64,000 nucleotides of DNA from the human T2T-CHM13v2.0 reference genome, Homo sapiens. The translations under genes and the position numbers were made by a program. The stretch is from assembly GCF_009914755.1 (NCBI RefSeq), contig NC_060931.1; one strand, 5' to 3'. How positions within the stretch are numbered: the first letter of the stretch is position 1; each line of letters starts with the position of its first letter. The notes below the pieces were generated by a model. That model saw only the letters and a list, made by a program, of their open reading frames with translations. It was not told where the DNA came from and did no database searches. Positions 26,898 through 39,063 of the stretch are shown here, in pieces.

Positions 26898-27272
26898 CAA
26901 TCTCCTAATTTCATATGAAAAAAAGTTATACAAAGACTGGAAAAATCTCAGTATACCTGGGAAATTAATGGGCTGTCACTAGAATAGTACAGTGGCTGAA
27001 TTTAGATCCTTCAAATACTGTTTAGAAAATTTCCATTGGAAGCTTTATAAAGAAAGCACATCAACTCAACTTTCTGAAATTACATTTCATAAAAGATGTT
27101 GTTTTAAAGAGAAATTGCTGAAATTCCAATTTCTGGATACTAACACAAACTTGAAAGATGAAATAAAAAGTTCTTTAGATGTATCCTAATGGGCCTAATG
27201 TAAGAATGTAGAAAGATTATGTCAACACCTTTAAAAAAAGTTTTTGGAGACGGGCGCAGTGGCTCACGCCTG

Positions 27273-27662
27273 CAAGGGGCCATCTGAGCTGCTAACACAC
27301 CACCGTCCGCAGACAGCGGAACTAAGAGAGCAGTGTAACACCCTCTCTCAGGCCTCGGGGTCACGGGCACCCTCACCTAGGCAGCGCCACAAGCGGCAAG
27401 ATGAGCTGCTAACACACTGCTGTCTGCAGACAGCAGAACTAAGAGAATACCGTAACACTCACTCTGGGGCTTCAGAGTCCCAGGCACCCTCACCTGGGCG
27501 CTGCGAGAGCTTGTTCCCGTGTTGGCGCCTGGAGCAGCCAGCCGGATCCCGCACTCGCTCGCTCACATGCTCCCTCCTGCAAGCGCTGGAGAATGGCAGG
27601 CTGAGTAAACAGGGCGCCCCTGTTACAAGTCCAGTGAAGAGGCCGAGAAAAGCCCTGCATCA
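27273..27662 (+). mobile_element. ERV1-class LTR 3' portion (LTR1/LTR27/LTR28/MER52-like group) with an internal duplication
   Basis: gagctgctaacac...actaagagagca.tgtaacac motifs, ends ...gcatca. Two ~98-bp repeats start at 27285 and 27402. Confidence 0.7.
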
Positions 27663-27890
27663 TAACTACTGCTCACAATAGTAGTGGTCTCTCTGCTACT
27701 TTTTCACTGTGAAATTGAAGCTGGAATGAAAATGGTACAAACACCAACAGCTAGCTGTTTTAAAAAGGCTGGCCCAAGAGAGCCAGCACCGAGTTCAGGG
27801 AACTGCAGTGAGTTCAACTCAACAGACAAAGCACATAAAACCACCCAAAATTTTGAAGGTACACTTGTTGCTTTAAAACGACCATCCTTT

Positions 27891-28199
<309 letters not shown>

Positions 28200-29649
28200 C
28201 TAACATAAAAAATCCAGACATCTAAATATGTCATTTTTATTATATCAAATACGTAGCTTTGATCTTAGCTATGGAGGAGGTATCTCTCCCTCTCCTTCCG
28301 CAGTGCCCACAACAGATGAAGGGGGAGCGCAGGAATAAAATTCTAGAGTCAGGTTACAGGACTATCATAGAGTAGGAATAAGTCTTGGTTAGACTATTCC
28401 TCAGAGAACTGAGGTTAAGAGCTGAGAAATATCAAACAATCATATACAGAGCAAAAAGATCTCAATATTCTTTCAAGTAAGAACTTGCACTGCTGTGTTC
28501 AGCCAGAGGCAGTGGGTGGGGGGGAATGGGGGTGGGATAAAATCAACAGCGAAGCTGAGTCGCTGTCCCAGGGATCTAGTCCAGGAATCAAGGCAAAAAC
28601 TGCACGACAGTTTTTATTTTAAGTACTAAGTGGTTTTGATGGAAATGAGGAGGACTTAATCACACCGGAAGGTTTCAAGAAGACGTGGGACTGAACTGGA
28701 TCTGACATATAGGTAGATTTTAGCCAGCAGTGGGGAAGACATTTTGTAAAAGGAGAATCAGTGCCTCTTCTATCCTTAAAATGCTAAGGCAGGAATTACC
28801 AAGGTCTGTCAGCTGAACACTGTAATGCTCATCCTGAGCAAAGCAAGAATGCCTGAGGATAAGAGGGCCCAAAACCACAGAGTCCTTTAATAAAACAGAA
28901 AGGTACAAATGAGAATGATACCTAAGATGGATATGGAAGGTGTGGAAGACTTTGACAGAGATGGAGGCTGGAACATTTCAGGTAGAGGGAGCAGTAACAA
29001 GAACAAAGGGCGGACAAACAGCTGCATTCCACCAGCTGGGCAGCAGCAGGGCATACGTCCAATATAATGAATGTAGCTGCAAAGGTGGTGGACACCGACA
29101 CTGGAGACCATAACCACCAGGCTCTCACACTGGCAAAAAAGCAAGTAAGCAGTAGATAGAGAATAGGGAGATGGCAAAACCATCCATGTGCTTTAGAAAG
29201 ATTACTCCAGCACACTTAAGCATGATGAAGAAAGAAAGACAGGAAGGTAAAAAGATTTACCCAGAGACCAGATTTCTTTTCCTATAAAGGACATGTATAC
29301 CAACGAGGTGCCCTTGCTTCACCACTCACATTTGTCCCGGTTTTTAAAGACAATCATATACACAGATAAAGGAATGCTGAAATGGACACTCACATGTTGA
29401 CAAACGTCAACTGTTAAAATAGCTGGGCAATATGCATGAAAAATCTTGTTGATTCTTGTCTTAGGAATGAATATGATCTCTGTCATATGTTGTGATTCTA
29501 TCTTAGGAATTTATTTCTGGAAAATAAACCAACCATTTTTCAGTTAAAAAAAAGTATACAACTATTATCAAAAATCATTGTTTATGACAGCCAACATATT
29601 GTTAATACTATAAATGCAATATTCTTGAATTTATTACAAGCAAAATGTG

Positions 29650-30580
29650 TTTTTTATTTTAACTTTTAGGTTCAGGGGTACATGTGCATGTTTGTCATAT
29701 AGGTAAGCTTGTGTCACTAAGGTTTGTTGTACAGATTATTGTAGTAAGCCTAGTACCAATAGTTAATTCGTCTGCCCCTCTCCCTATTTTCACCCTCCCT
29801 CGTCAAGTAGACCCCAGTGTCTGTTTCCTTCTTTGTGCTGATTTGATGAGTTCTTATCACTCAGCGCCCCCTTATAAATAAGAACATGTGGTATTTGGTT
29901 TTCTGCTCCTGCATTCTTTTCCTAAGGGTAATAGCCTCCAGGTCTATCCATGTTCCCACAAAATACATTATCTCTTCTTTTTTATGGCTGCATAGTGTTA
30001 CATTTTCTTTATCCAGTCGGTCACTGATCGGCATTTACATTGATTCCATGTCTTTGCTATTGTGAACAGTGCTGCACTGAACATCCACATGAATGCGTCT
30101 TCATGGTAGAATGACTTATATTCCTCTAGGTACACACCCAGTAATAAGATTGCGGAGTCGAATGGTAGTTCTGTTTTTAGCTCTTTGAGGGATCACCATA
30201 CTGCTTTCCACAGTGGTTGAACAAATTTATGCTCCCACCAACAGTGTATAAATGTTCCCTTTTCTCCGCAATCTCGCCAGCATCTGTTATTTTTTGGCTT
30301 TTTAACCATAGTCATTATAATTGATGTGAGATAATACTTCACTGTGGTTTTGATTTACATTTCTCTAATGATCTGAGATACTGAACTTTTTTTCATATGC
30401 TTATTGGCCCCATGTATGTCTTCTTTTGAAAAGTGTCTATGTCCTTTGCCCACTTTTTAATGGTATTGTTTTTCTCTTACAAATTTGTTTAAGTTCTTTA
30501 TAGATGCTGGATACTAAACTTTGGTCAGATACATCATTTGCAAATATTTTCTCCCATTCTGTAGATTGTCCATTTACTCT
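29650..30580 (-). mobile_element. Older primate L1 (L1PA13-16/L1PB-like) 3' ~930 bp, sense to SRPK2
   Basis: Reverse complement of an L1 3'UTR/ORF2 end (ggttcaggggtacatgtgca, catgtctttgctattgtgaa, caaatattttctcccattctgtag). Confidence 0.9.
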
Positions 30581-30864
30581 TTTGGTAACAGGGTCTCACT
30601 CTGTCACCTAGTCTGGAGTCTAGTGGTGTGATCATAACTCACTGTAACCTTGAACTCCTGGGCTCTAGCAATCCTCCCACCTCAGCCTCTTGAGTAGCTG
30701 GAACCATAGGCACTTGCCAACACACCCAGGAAATTTTACCTTTTGTAGAGATGGGTCTTGCTATGTTGCCTAGACTGGTCTCGAACTCCTGGGCTTAAGC
30801 AATCCTCTTGCCTATATAATCTGCCTGCTTTAAGAATTCAAGGCATGAGCCACCACACCCAGAC
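30581..30864 (-). mobile_element. AluJ
   Basis: Reverse dimer abutting the L1 5' end with almost no tail. Confidence 0.88.
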
Positions 30865-30893
30865 TAAAATTTATTTTTAAGATCAAGTTTGCA

Positions 30894-31202
<309 letters not shown>

Positions 31203-31430
31203 TTAAGTACAAAAGTAAAACAAAAACGGCAATAAAAATTTGTACTTAGGATATTATCATTATTCAAACACTTGTAATCTAAGTCTCTAAAGTGAAAAGG
31301 CTGCAAAACAAAACAAAAAAAACAGTAACAGAAATATTCACATGTGAAATAACCATTAATAAAATCAGACCCTTTTCAAATATCTCTCCCCATTAAAAAA
31401 AACAACAATAATAATAATAAAAAAAAGATA

Positions 31431-31695
31431 ACCAGGCTCAGCGGCTCACGCCTGTAATCCCAGCACTTTGGGAGGCTGAGGCAGGTGGATTACGAGGTCA
31501 AGAGATCGAGACCATCCTGGCCAACATGGTGAAACCTCGTCTCTACTAAAAATACAAAAATTAGGTGGGTGTGGTGGCGGGTGCCTGTAATCCCAGCTAT
31601 TCAGGAGCCTGAGGCAGGAGAATCACTTGATCACTGAACCTGGGAGGCGGAGGTTGTGGTGAGCTGAGATAACGCCACTGCACTCCAGCCTAGGC
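31431..31695 (+). mobile_element. AluSc-like element whose 3' end is replaced by a purine repeat
   Basis: gtcaagagatcgagaccatcctggcc diagnostic. Confidence 0.9.
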
Positions 31696-31859
31696 AAAGG
31701 AAAGGAGGGAGGGAAAGAAAGGAAAAGAGAAGAGAGAAGAGAGGGAGAGAGGGAGGGAGCAAGGAAGGAAGGAAGGAAAGGAAGGAAAGAAGGAAGGAAG
31801 GAAGGAAGGAAGGAAGGAAGGAAGGAAGGAAGGAAGGAAGGGGAAAGGGAAGGAAGGAG
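31696..31859. repeat. Purine-rich / (GGAA)n microsatellite
   Basis: 12 uninterrupted GGAA units at 31792-31839, plus flanking GGAA/GGGA units. Confidence 0.97.
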
Positions 31860-31910
31860 TTTAATGAAGGCACAGGTCAATTAATAGTCTTTGATAGAAA
31901 CTGAGTGGCT

Positions 31911-31962
31911 GTCTATAGTCACGCCACCCTGAAAACACCTAATCGCATCTGAAACTAAGCAG
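31911..31962 (+). pseudogene. 5S rRNA pseudogene fragment (5' half)
   Basis: GTCTATAGTCACGCCACCCTGAAAACACCTAATCGCATCTGA matches 5S nt 1-42 (GTCTACGGCCATACCACCCTGAACGCGCCCGATCTCGTCTGA) at 30/42. After a 7-nt gap, AACTAAGCAG matches AGCTAAGCAG. Many mismatches fall on CpGs. Confidence 0.72.
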
Positions 31963-32259
31963 TTGACAAGAGAATGCAGATACAATTCAATAAACCTGAA
32001 AACCTTACAAAATATGCAAGACTTCATGGTAGCAATAAAAGCCTTGTTGACCTTAGTAACAGCCAAGGGTACTGGCAAACAAGAACCCAGCAGACCAACT
32101 AACAACTGTAGAAGACAATATCAACAAAGATAATGGACTGACAGGCTCTTTAATGGAGAACTTGCATATGAGAGAATTAGAGATCAGTGGAAAAGAGGTG
32201 AAGCTCTCAACTACTTTTACAAAATAGTTCCTTTATAATTCCTGTAAAAATAAAATACG

Positions 32260-32575
32260 GGCTGGGCGCAGTGGCTCACACCTGTTATCCCCAGCACTTT
32301 GGTAGGCCAAAGCCGGTGGATCACTTAAGGTCAGGAGTTCAAAACCAGCCTGGCCAAATGATGAAATCCCGTCTCTACTAAAAATGCAAAGAAAAAAAAT
32401 TAGCCAGGCATGGTGGTGTGCACCTGTAATCCTAGCTACTCAGGAGACTGAAGCAGGAGAATCGCTTGAACCTGGGACTCAGAGATTGCAGTGAGCCAAT
32501 GCACTCCAGCAGCCTCGGCGACACAGCAAGACTCCGTCTCAAAAAAAATGAAAAATGAAAATAAAAATAAAATAA
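32260..32575 (+). mobile_element. AluS element
   Basis: Full dimer with A-rich tail. Confidence 0.92.
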
Positions 32576-33600
32576 GTAAAAAATCATATTTTTTTGGAAA
32601 CTATTACAAGAGAAACAATATTTGGGTCAATTCTTTGTTCATTCTATAAACTAACAGATCCAAGAGTGATAAATTTTGTTAAATATTAAAATAAAACTAA
32701 TTTCATTTTAATAATTAGTATCTATTATTATTAAAATAAGGCCCAATTAAATTTTTTTATGACTTACATAAAATTTAGATCCCTGTTTTAAACAGATTCA
32801 CATTAAGAACACCTTTGCTGCACCAGTTATAATAAGGTAAATGAGACTGATTATTTTAGTAATTTCAGTTATGTAAAAAGAAAAAGACTACAAAGATTTA
32901 TACTAGTAGTTGCCACTGGAAAATGCGGTTGTGGGTGTTTTTTGTTTGTTTTAAACAAAGGGACAGAATTAAATACTGTTTAAAACAATGCAAATATATT
33001 AACCAGTAAATAAGATTTTTGAAATGTAAACTAATATTTCATCAATGGATTGCTATTGCTTTTCAATCTACCAAAAGATCATTAGAGAAACTTCTACTAT
33101 CTCATTTAAGAAATATTTCCTGGATCTCTACGATGTGCTAAATACCATGAAGACAAAATTTAATAATAGGCTATACTGATGCTTACTATGTGCCACTTCA
33201 ACCCGTAAAATAATGCAGCCAACAAACTAATTATTATCAACGTCCAGAGACTGAGAAACATTAAGTAACTTACCCAATGGTATATAACTAAATAGTAACT
33301 AAACCATCCTTCAAAACAAAGACTGTCTACAAAGCCCAGGATCTTAAGCACTTAGCTATGTATTGCGTTGGAGAGGCAGCCTTAAAATAACTTACACATT
33401 AGAAGAAGAAAAGCAGCAAGCAGAAAAGCACCAAAGCAATGAAGATAGGTGTGCTGATATAAGATTCACCACATGCTATATGAAGCAGGAAAAAAAAAGG
33501 TTCAGTGTGGGTAAGAAAAGAGGGCATCACAGACATGGAGAAGATGGTAACAGAATTTCAAAGAACACATGAATTCCACAAGAAGAAAGAGGTGTTAGAC

Positions 33601-33807
33601 CAAGCCTGTCCAATAGGCCACATGCAGCCCAGGACGGCTTTGAATGAGGCCCAACACAAATTCACAAACTTTCCTAAAACATGAGTTATTTCTGCAATTT
33701 TTTAAGCTCATCAGCTATCGTTAGTGTTAGCGTATCTTATGTGTGGCCCAAGCCAATTCTTCTTCTTCCAATGTGGCCCAGAGAAGCCAAAAGATTAGAT
33801 ACCTCTG
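33601..33807 (-). mobile_element. MER30 DNA transposon
   Basis: gcagcccaggacggctttgaatg.ggcccaacacaaattc...tcttcttcttccaatgtggccca. Confidence 0.85.
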
Positions 33808-34705
33808 TGGGAGACCATCTGAGGCAGACAGGGTAATGTAATTTTTTGGAAACTACAAGTATTATTTGGCAACGGCTCCCACCAAAATTTTGTAAACTTG
33901 TAGGAATAGAGATAAAATAGTCAAATGTTTGCTTATAATATTTAATGTTTAATTCAAGTACATATGTATTTAAATTCATGTTATAGATTATTTGGAAAGA
34001 CTGTATTTCCCATTGTCACAAAGCAAGTTTATTTCAAATGCTTTATCACATGCACCTTTACCATCATTGTACTCATCAGTAAAGCCATCTCTTTAGTCTA
34101 AAGTCAGTTTTCTGAAATGCAGCATTTTCACTTCTACGTTGTCTGGGATTGTGTGTGTGTGTGTGTGTGTGCATGTGCATGCATTTTAAATATGTATGGT
34201 ATTGCCAAAGGAAGTGTTCCCCAAGTCAAAAATAACTACTCATTCTCGTTCATGTCAGTTAGCTTTTCCATTTGGTTTTATACACAAACAAATATATCCT
34301 CTCTATATCACAATCACTTATTGTTTTGCTTTTTCATATGATCTATAAAAGGCATGAGAAACATTCAACATTTGAAACTATGAGAAATAATTAACAAAAC
34401 AGGTGTTAAAATATCTTTAAAAAAAAAACTATTTCTACTAGTGAACTCTAAATTACCTAAAACTAACAAAAGATTGAAACCATTTCCATTTATGTCATCA
34501 CAAAGAATTATTAGCTATTCAAAATAAAGTCATTGAGATAGTTCCCTCTAATATGAGAGATGTTGCACAGCACTATTCTCCGGGGGATAATTTCTTGGGG
34601 AAAGGGGAATTCATTTATATTCTAGCAGTACTTCTATACTAACATCTATAGGTACATTAGAGGAAAAGCAAAAGGAAAGAAACTTGAAATAGGCCTGAAT
34701 AAGAT

Positions 34706-34870
34706 CTGTGGTTCTCAAACTTAGGTATATGTCAGAGTCTCCTCAAGACCTTGTTACAGTACAGTTGCTGGGTTCCATCCCTGTGTTTCTGATTCCATAG
34801 GAATGGGGTAGGGTCTGAGAAGGTGCCTTCCTAACAAGTACTCAGGTGCTGCAGATGCCACACTCTGATC
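34706..34870. mobile_element. MER5A-like DNA transposon
   Basis: gtggttctcaaactt...ttgctggg...gtttctgattc...ctaacaagt.ctcaggtg.tgc. Confidence 0.7.
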
Positions 34871-36935
34871 TAGATTATGCTAGACGCTGTTCATCATACG
34901 AAGGTTGATTTTATCTTTCAGGAGTTTAGGACAGGGAAATGACATTATAGGATTTGTGGTTTTTAAAATATCACTGACAGCATTATGGACAGTAGTGTTT
35001 TCACATAACATATTTCATTTATTCTAATATGTATTTTTTCACAATTTCTGATAACAGAGTGCATCTTCCCATCAACAGTATATCATAGTTTAATTAGCAG
35101 TGATTTTTCTTTCTTGGTGGTGCATAAAATAATGGTGTAAATTATCACTTACAGGCAGCAGATTCACTAACATACAGTATTATCACCTCTGATATAATGG
35201 CACTGTGAAGGGGGAAAATAGGTTTTATTCCCGTTTTACAGATGAGGAAATAGGTTTCAGGACAATACAGGAAATAACATGCCTAGTAAATGACAGGTCC
35301 AAGATGAGAAATTCAGAAATTTTTGACACACAAAACAAACACCATTCCCCTCAATGATACCACTTATAACAACCTGTAGTTCACTTGCCAGAGAGAAGAC
35401 AAGACAAGAGCATACCAGTGTACCCTAACCAACAACAGGAGCAAAGAGAAGAGTCCATGGGTACCAGGTGTGAAATGCCAAATTTAAGTAATCAAGAAAA
35501 AGTGTCTCAAGATTTTCATTAAAAAACTAAATAAATGAAAAGACACAATGAACCACCTCCACAAATATAGAGATAGAATCAAAAGACTAGTTTGGGAACA
35601 CTGTTTCATGCAGTGCTGAGAGATGCAGAATGTGACATAACATCTCCAAAGCAACAGACATCAGCTTAAGGATTTAAATTATAGTTGGTGATACTAGGAA
35701 GTCAAGTTTGTGTAAAGACAGGCACTGGGCCTGGAGAGTGGCCAGAGGCCAGAATGCCATACATGACCAGCTTTCTGAAAGATGACTAGAAACCCAAGAT
35801 ACTGCAGCAGCATCAAATGCAACACCTCTCAAAAGCCCACAAACTTAGCTTCTGACCAAACCCTGTCTGGAAAGGTGTGATGTTCTAAATACCATTCTGT
35901 AGGCTGCCAGATGATTTTTTATTTTGAAAAATTAAAGGAAAAATCAGAATAGAAAATCTAACCATTATTATTTGTCATAACATCCTGCATATTCCTACTC
36001 CCCACTGCAAGTCTACTAATAAAAGATACACTAAATTATGCAATCTTCTCAGTACATTCTGAAAAGCACATTACACCTTTACTTGGCTCAATGACATGTT
36101 CTAATTCCTAGGAGAAGAATGTGCAGATATTCTAGTTCATCAAACAAATTTTCCTCATTAAAACAACTCAAAGCTCAGAGGAGCGAACAGTCTAAACTGA
36201 TCATTATTCTGGAGCCCAGATAGTTTTCATCTCTAAAAGGAACTCTAAATACTACTTAAATCTCAAATTCAACTTCTAACTAGAAAAATGAAAAAACAAA
36301 CTTAGAAGAGGGCACAAAGCTTTTGCTGTGACCATGATACATACTTTAAAACTTGAATACCTTGACAGATAAGCAGAGTTATCACAAAGACCGAATGGGG
36401 ATAGGGTCTACAACCAGACATGAGACATCTGAGTGCTGTGGTAAAGCTACAAGCCAAACATGAAGAACGTAAGGAAGCACCATCCAGGGCAATTAACTCA
36501 AGATATTTCTATTTTTCCTGCTTGGTTATAGGTGCATTATAAACATTTAAGTCTTAAGACTGATTTAGGGGAAAACATTTAAATGTTTATAAACAGGCAA
36601 TAAAAGCAGCAGTAGAGTCTGACAGAGCACTAAAAAAGCCACATTATTATTAAGTTTGACACAACTCATGAGCAAAATAACCTAGAGTTAAAGGCAAGGC
36701 ATATATCTAAATCAGCTCCTCTGTCAAAATAACTATTCCATACTCCCCCAACCAGACAAATGACAAAAGCTTCTAAGTAAAGGCTGAATCGTGCAGGGTA
36801 AACAACAGCAAAGCAGCATCACTTGAATAAACAACTAGCAACAAAATTAACAATCATTTTCACTTCAAGGCAGATGGCCCCTGAAAGGTGATACTTGCCT
36901 CAAAGTCCTAACTGATCAATAGTCAAGGTAACAAA

Positions 36936-36971
36936 ATCATCATCGTCGTCATCATCCTCATCATCATCATC
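36936..36971. repeat. Interrupted (ATC)n trinucleotide repeat
   Basis: atcatcatcgtcgtcatcatcctcatcatcatcatc. Confidence 0.9.
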
Positions 36972-38709
36972 CCTTGGGTGAGAAAAGATGCTGAGAAAAG
37001 TCTGGACAGGAGTCAGCATAAAGCACTGCTTCCCACTCCAGGAGCCTCAGGAGGTACAGTCTGTCCTTACTCCCAGGCAGCCAAGGCAGAGGCCCACGGC
37101 CTAGGCTCAGTTTGTAACATGCCCACTGGTGGTGACTCTCCAAAGAAGTCTCGAGGTCACAAGCGGCAAAACTACAGGGGAAAATCACTGGAAGGACTCA
37201 GCTTCAGTGGCAAGACACATCTAGCACCATGGCCTCAAGGCTGATCCAGTGGTTTGCCCACAGCTGCTGCCTCTCCCATTGCCCACTCTTTTATTACACA
37301 ACCTACTTCAATCACTGTAACTAGAAATAAAATAGCCAGTCAGTTTGTATTATTTGGAACCCAGAAGCCTGAATGACAAGCTTCACCATTACACAGTCAT
37401 TATTTCATTTTTATTAAAATTAAATAATTTCTGAAAATTTGTTGTGTTTTGATTTTAATAAGAAAATCATTTTCAGTAGGAAATTAGAAATGAACACAAT
37501 GAAGAAAGTAACATCATTTATAACCCCACCACCTAGACCGAAATACCCACGACCACTTTGGAGCACACTCTTCTAAGCTTTCTTCCAAAATGGACAACTT
37601 GACAAGAGAACAAAGCACGAAGGCAGTAAGCAAACTTGTGGTCTACGGAGTCATTAGGCCGGGGCAGCCAGGTAAAGTTATCATCCAATACACTTCTAAG
37701 AACGAAGGGGCTTCATTCCACTTCTCCTAATAAGCAAGCCAAAAAACATATAAATCACAGCCATCCCTGGCAAACCAGAGTGTACAATTGCACTACATAT
37801 CTGAATAGTCCAGCCTCCTGATTAGGAAACCCTACTCTAGAAATAGTCCCATTCATCAGAAGAGGCAATGAATTATAAATTCTTCCTATATAGCACAATT
37901 TAATCAGTTGTTAAAAAGGGCAACAATAAAATAAACCTTCCTATGTTATAAGCGACCTAAAATTTTTATGAAAAACTTCTCAAACAAAAGCTACAATTTA
38001 ACATCAGAAAGCACAAAGTATAGATAGCATTCCTTCCTTCCTATTAAGTCAGAAAAAAATGTCATTACAATTTATCTTTGCATAGGTCACTCAAATAAAA
38101 ATATAGAGAGAACAAAGGACATTTTTCCTAAATTATCAAGGTATCACTGAGGCAGTTACATCTAGTCCTTCTCAACCAAAATAATACATCTTTGTTTTCT
38201 CCTCCTGTAAGTGGGTCAGAGCCCTTACAAATGCTGGAAGCAGGGAAACAGCCTGAACATCAAAATATATTGTTTCAAACATACTCCTAGGAGCTGACAA
38301 GATGTTCTGGGATGAGAGCAAAAAAATGGAGCCATAATTAACAAAATCTGGTTAGACGGAGTCTGACTTAAAAATAATACTCCACAATATAAAGCAACAA
38401 CAGAAACCCCACTAAAGTATGGAAAATCCAAGTCTAGATTCAAATACAGTGATACATGGTTGATAAGAATAAGAAAGCCAATTCTCTGAGCTTAACATTG
38501 ATCCTGTTAAACTAGGATCTTCGCAGCAGTGTCAGATTTGGCTTCCTGCCTTTCTCAGAAACTACTTACCTACAGGCTATTTTCTTACCTCTTTTCTCAA
38601 AATACTCTATTTTAAAGATGAATCCTGATGAAATTCCCTATCTCCACTGATCAAATTCTACTTACAGAAGAATAACCTCTGGATCAAATACACTGGGCAC
38701 AATATAAAA

Positions 38710-39063
38710 GGTCTTACTCTGTTTAGGTTGCTATAACAAAATACCACCGAGTGACTTATAAAAAAGAGAAATTTATTTCTCACAGTTCTGGTGGCTGGAA
38801 GTCCAAGATCAATGTGCCGACAGACTGATTCTGGTGAGGGCTGGTTTCCTAGCTCACAGGTGGGGCCTTCCAGCTGTGTCCTCATGGTGGAAGATGCAAG
38901 GGGCCTTTCTCAGTCCTCTTTATAAGGATACTCATCCCACTCATGAGAGCTATGTGTTGGTGATCTAATTGTCTCTCCCAAAAGCCTCACCTCCTAATAC
39001 CATCACATTGGGGGTTAGGAATTCAATATATGAATTTTAGGGGAACATATTCAGACCATAGCA
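38710..39063 (-). mobile_element. MLT1A/A0-like MaLR solo LTR
   Basis: gctataacaaaatacca...gaaatttatttctcacagttctgg.ggctggaagtccaagatcaa...attcagaccatagca. Confidence 0.85.
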
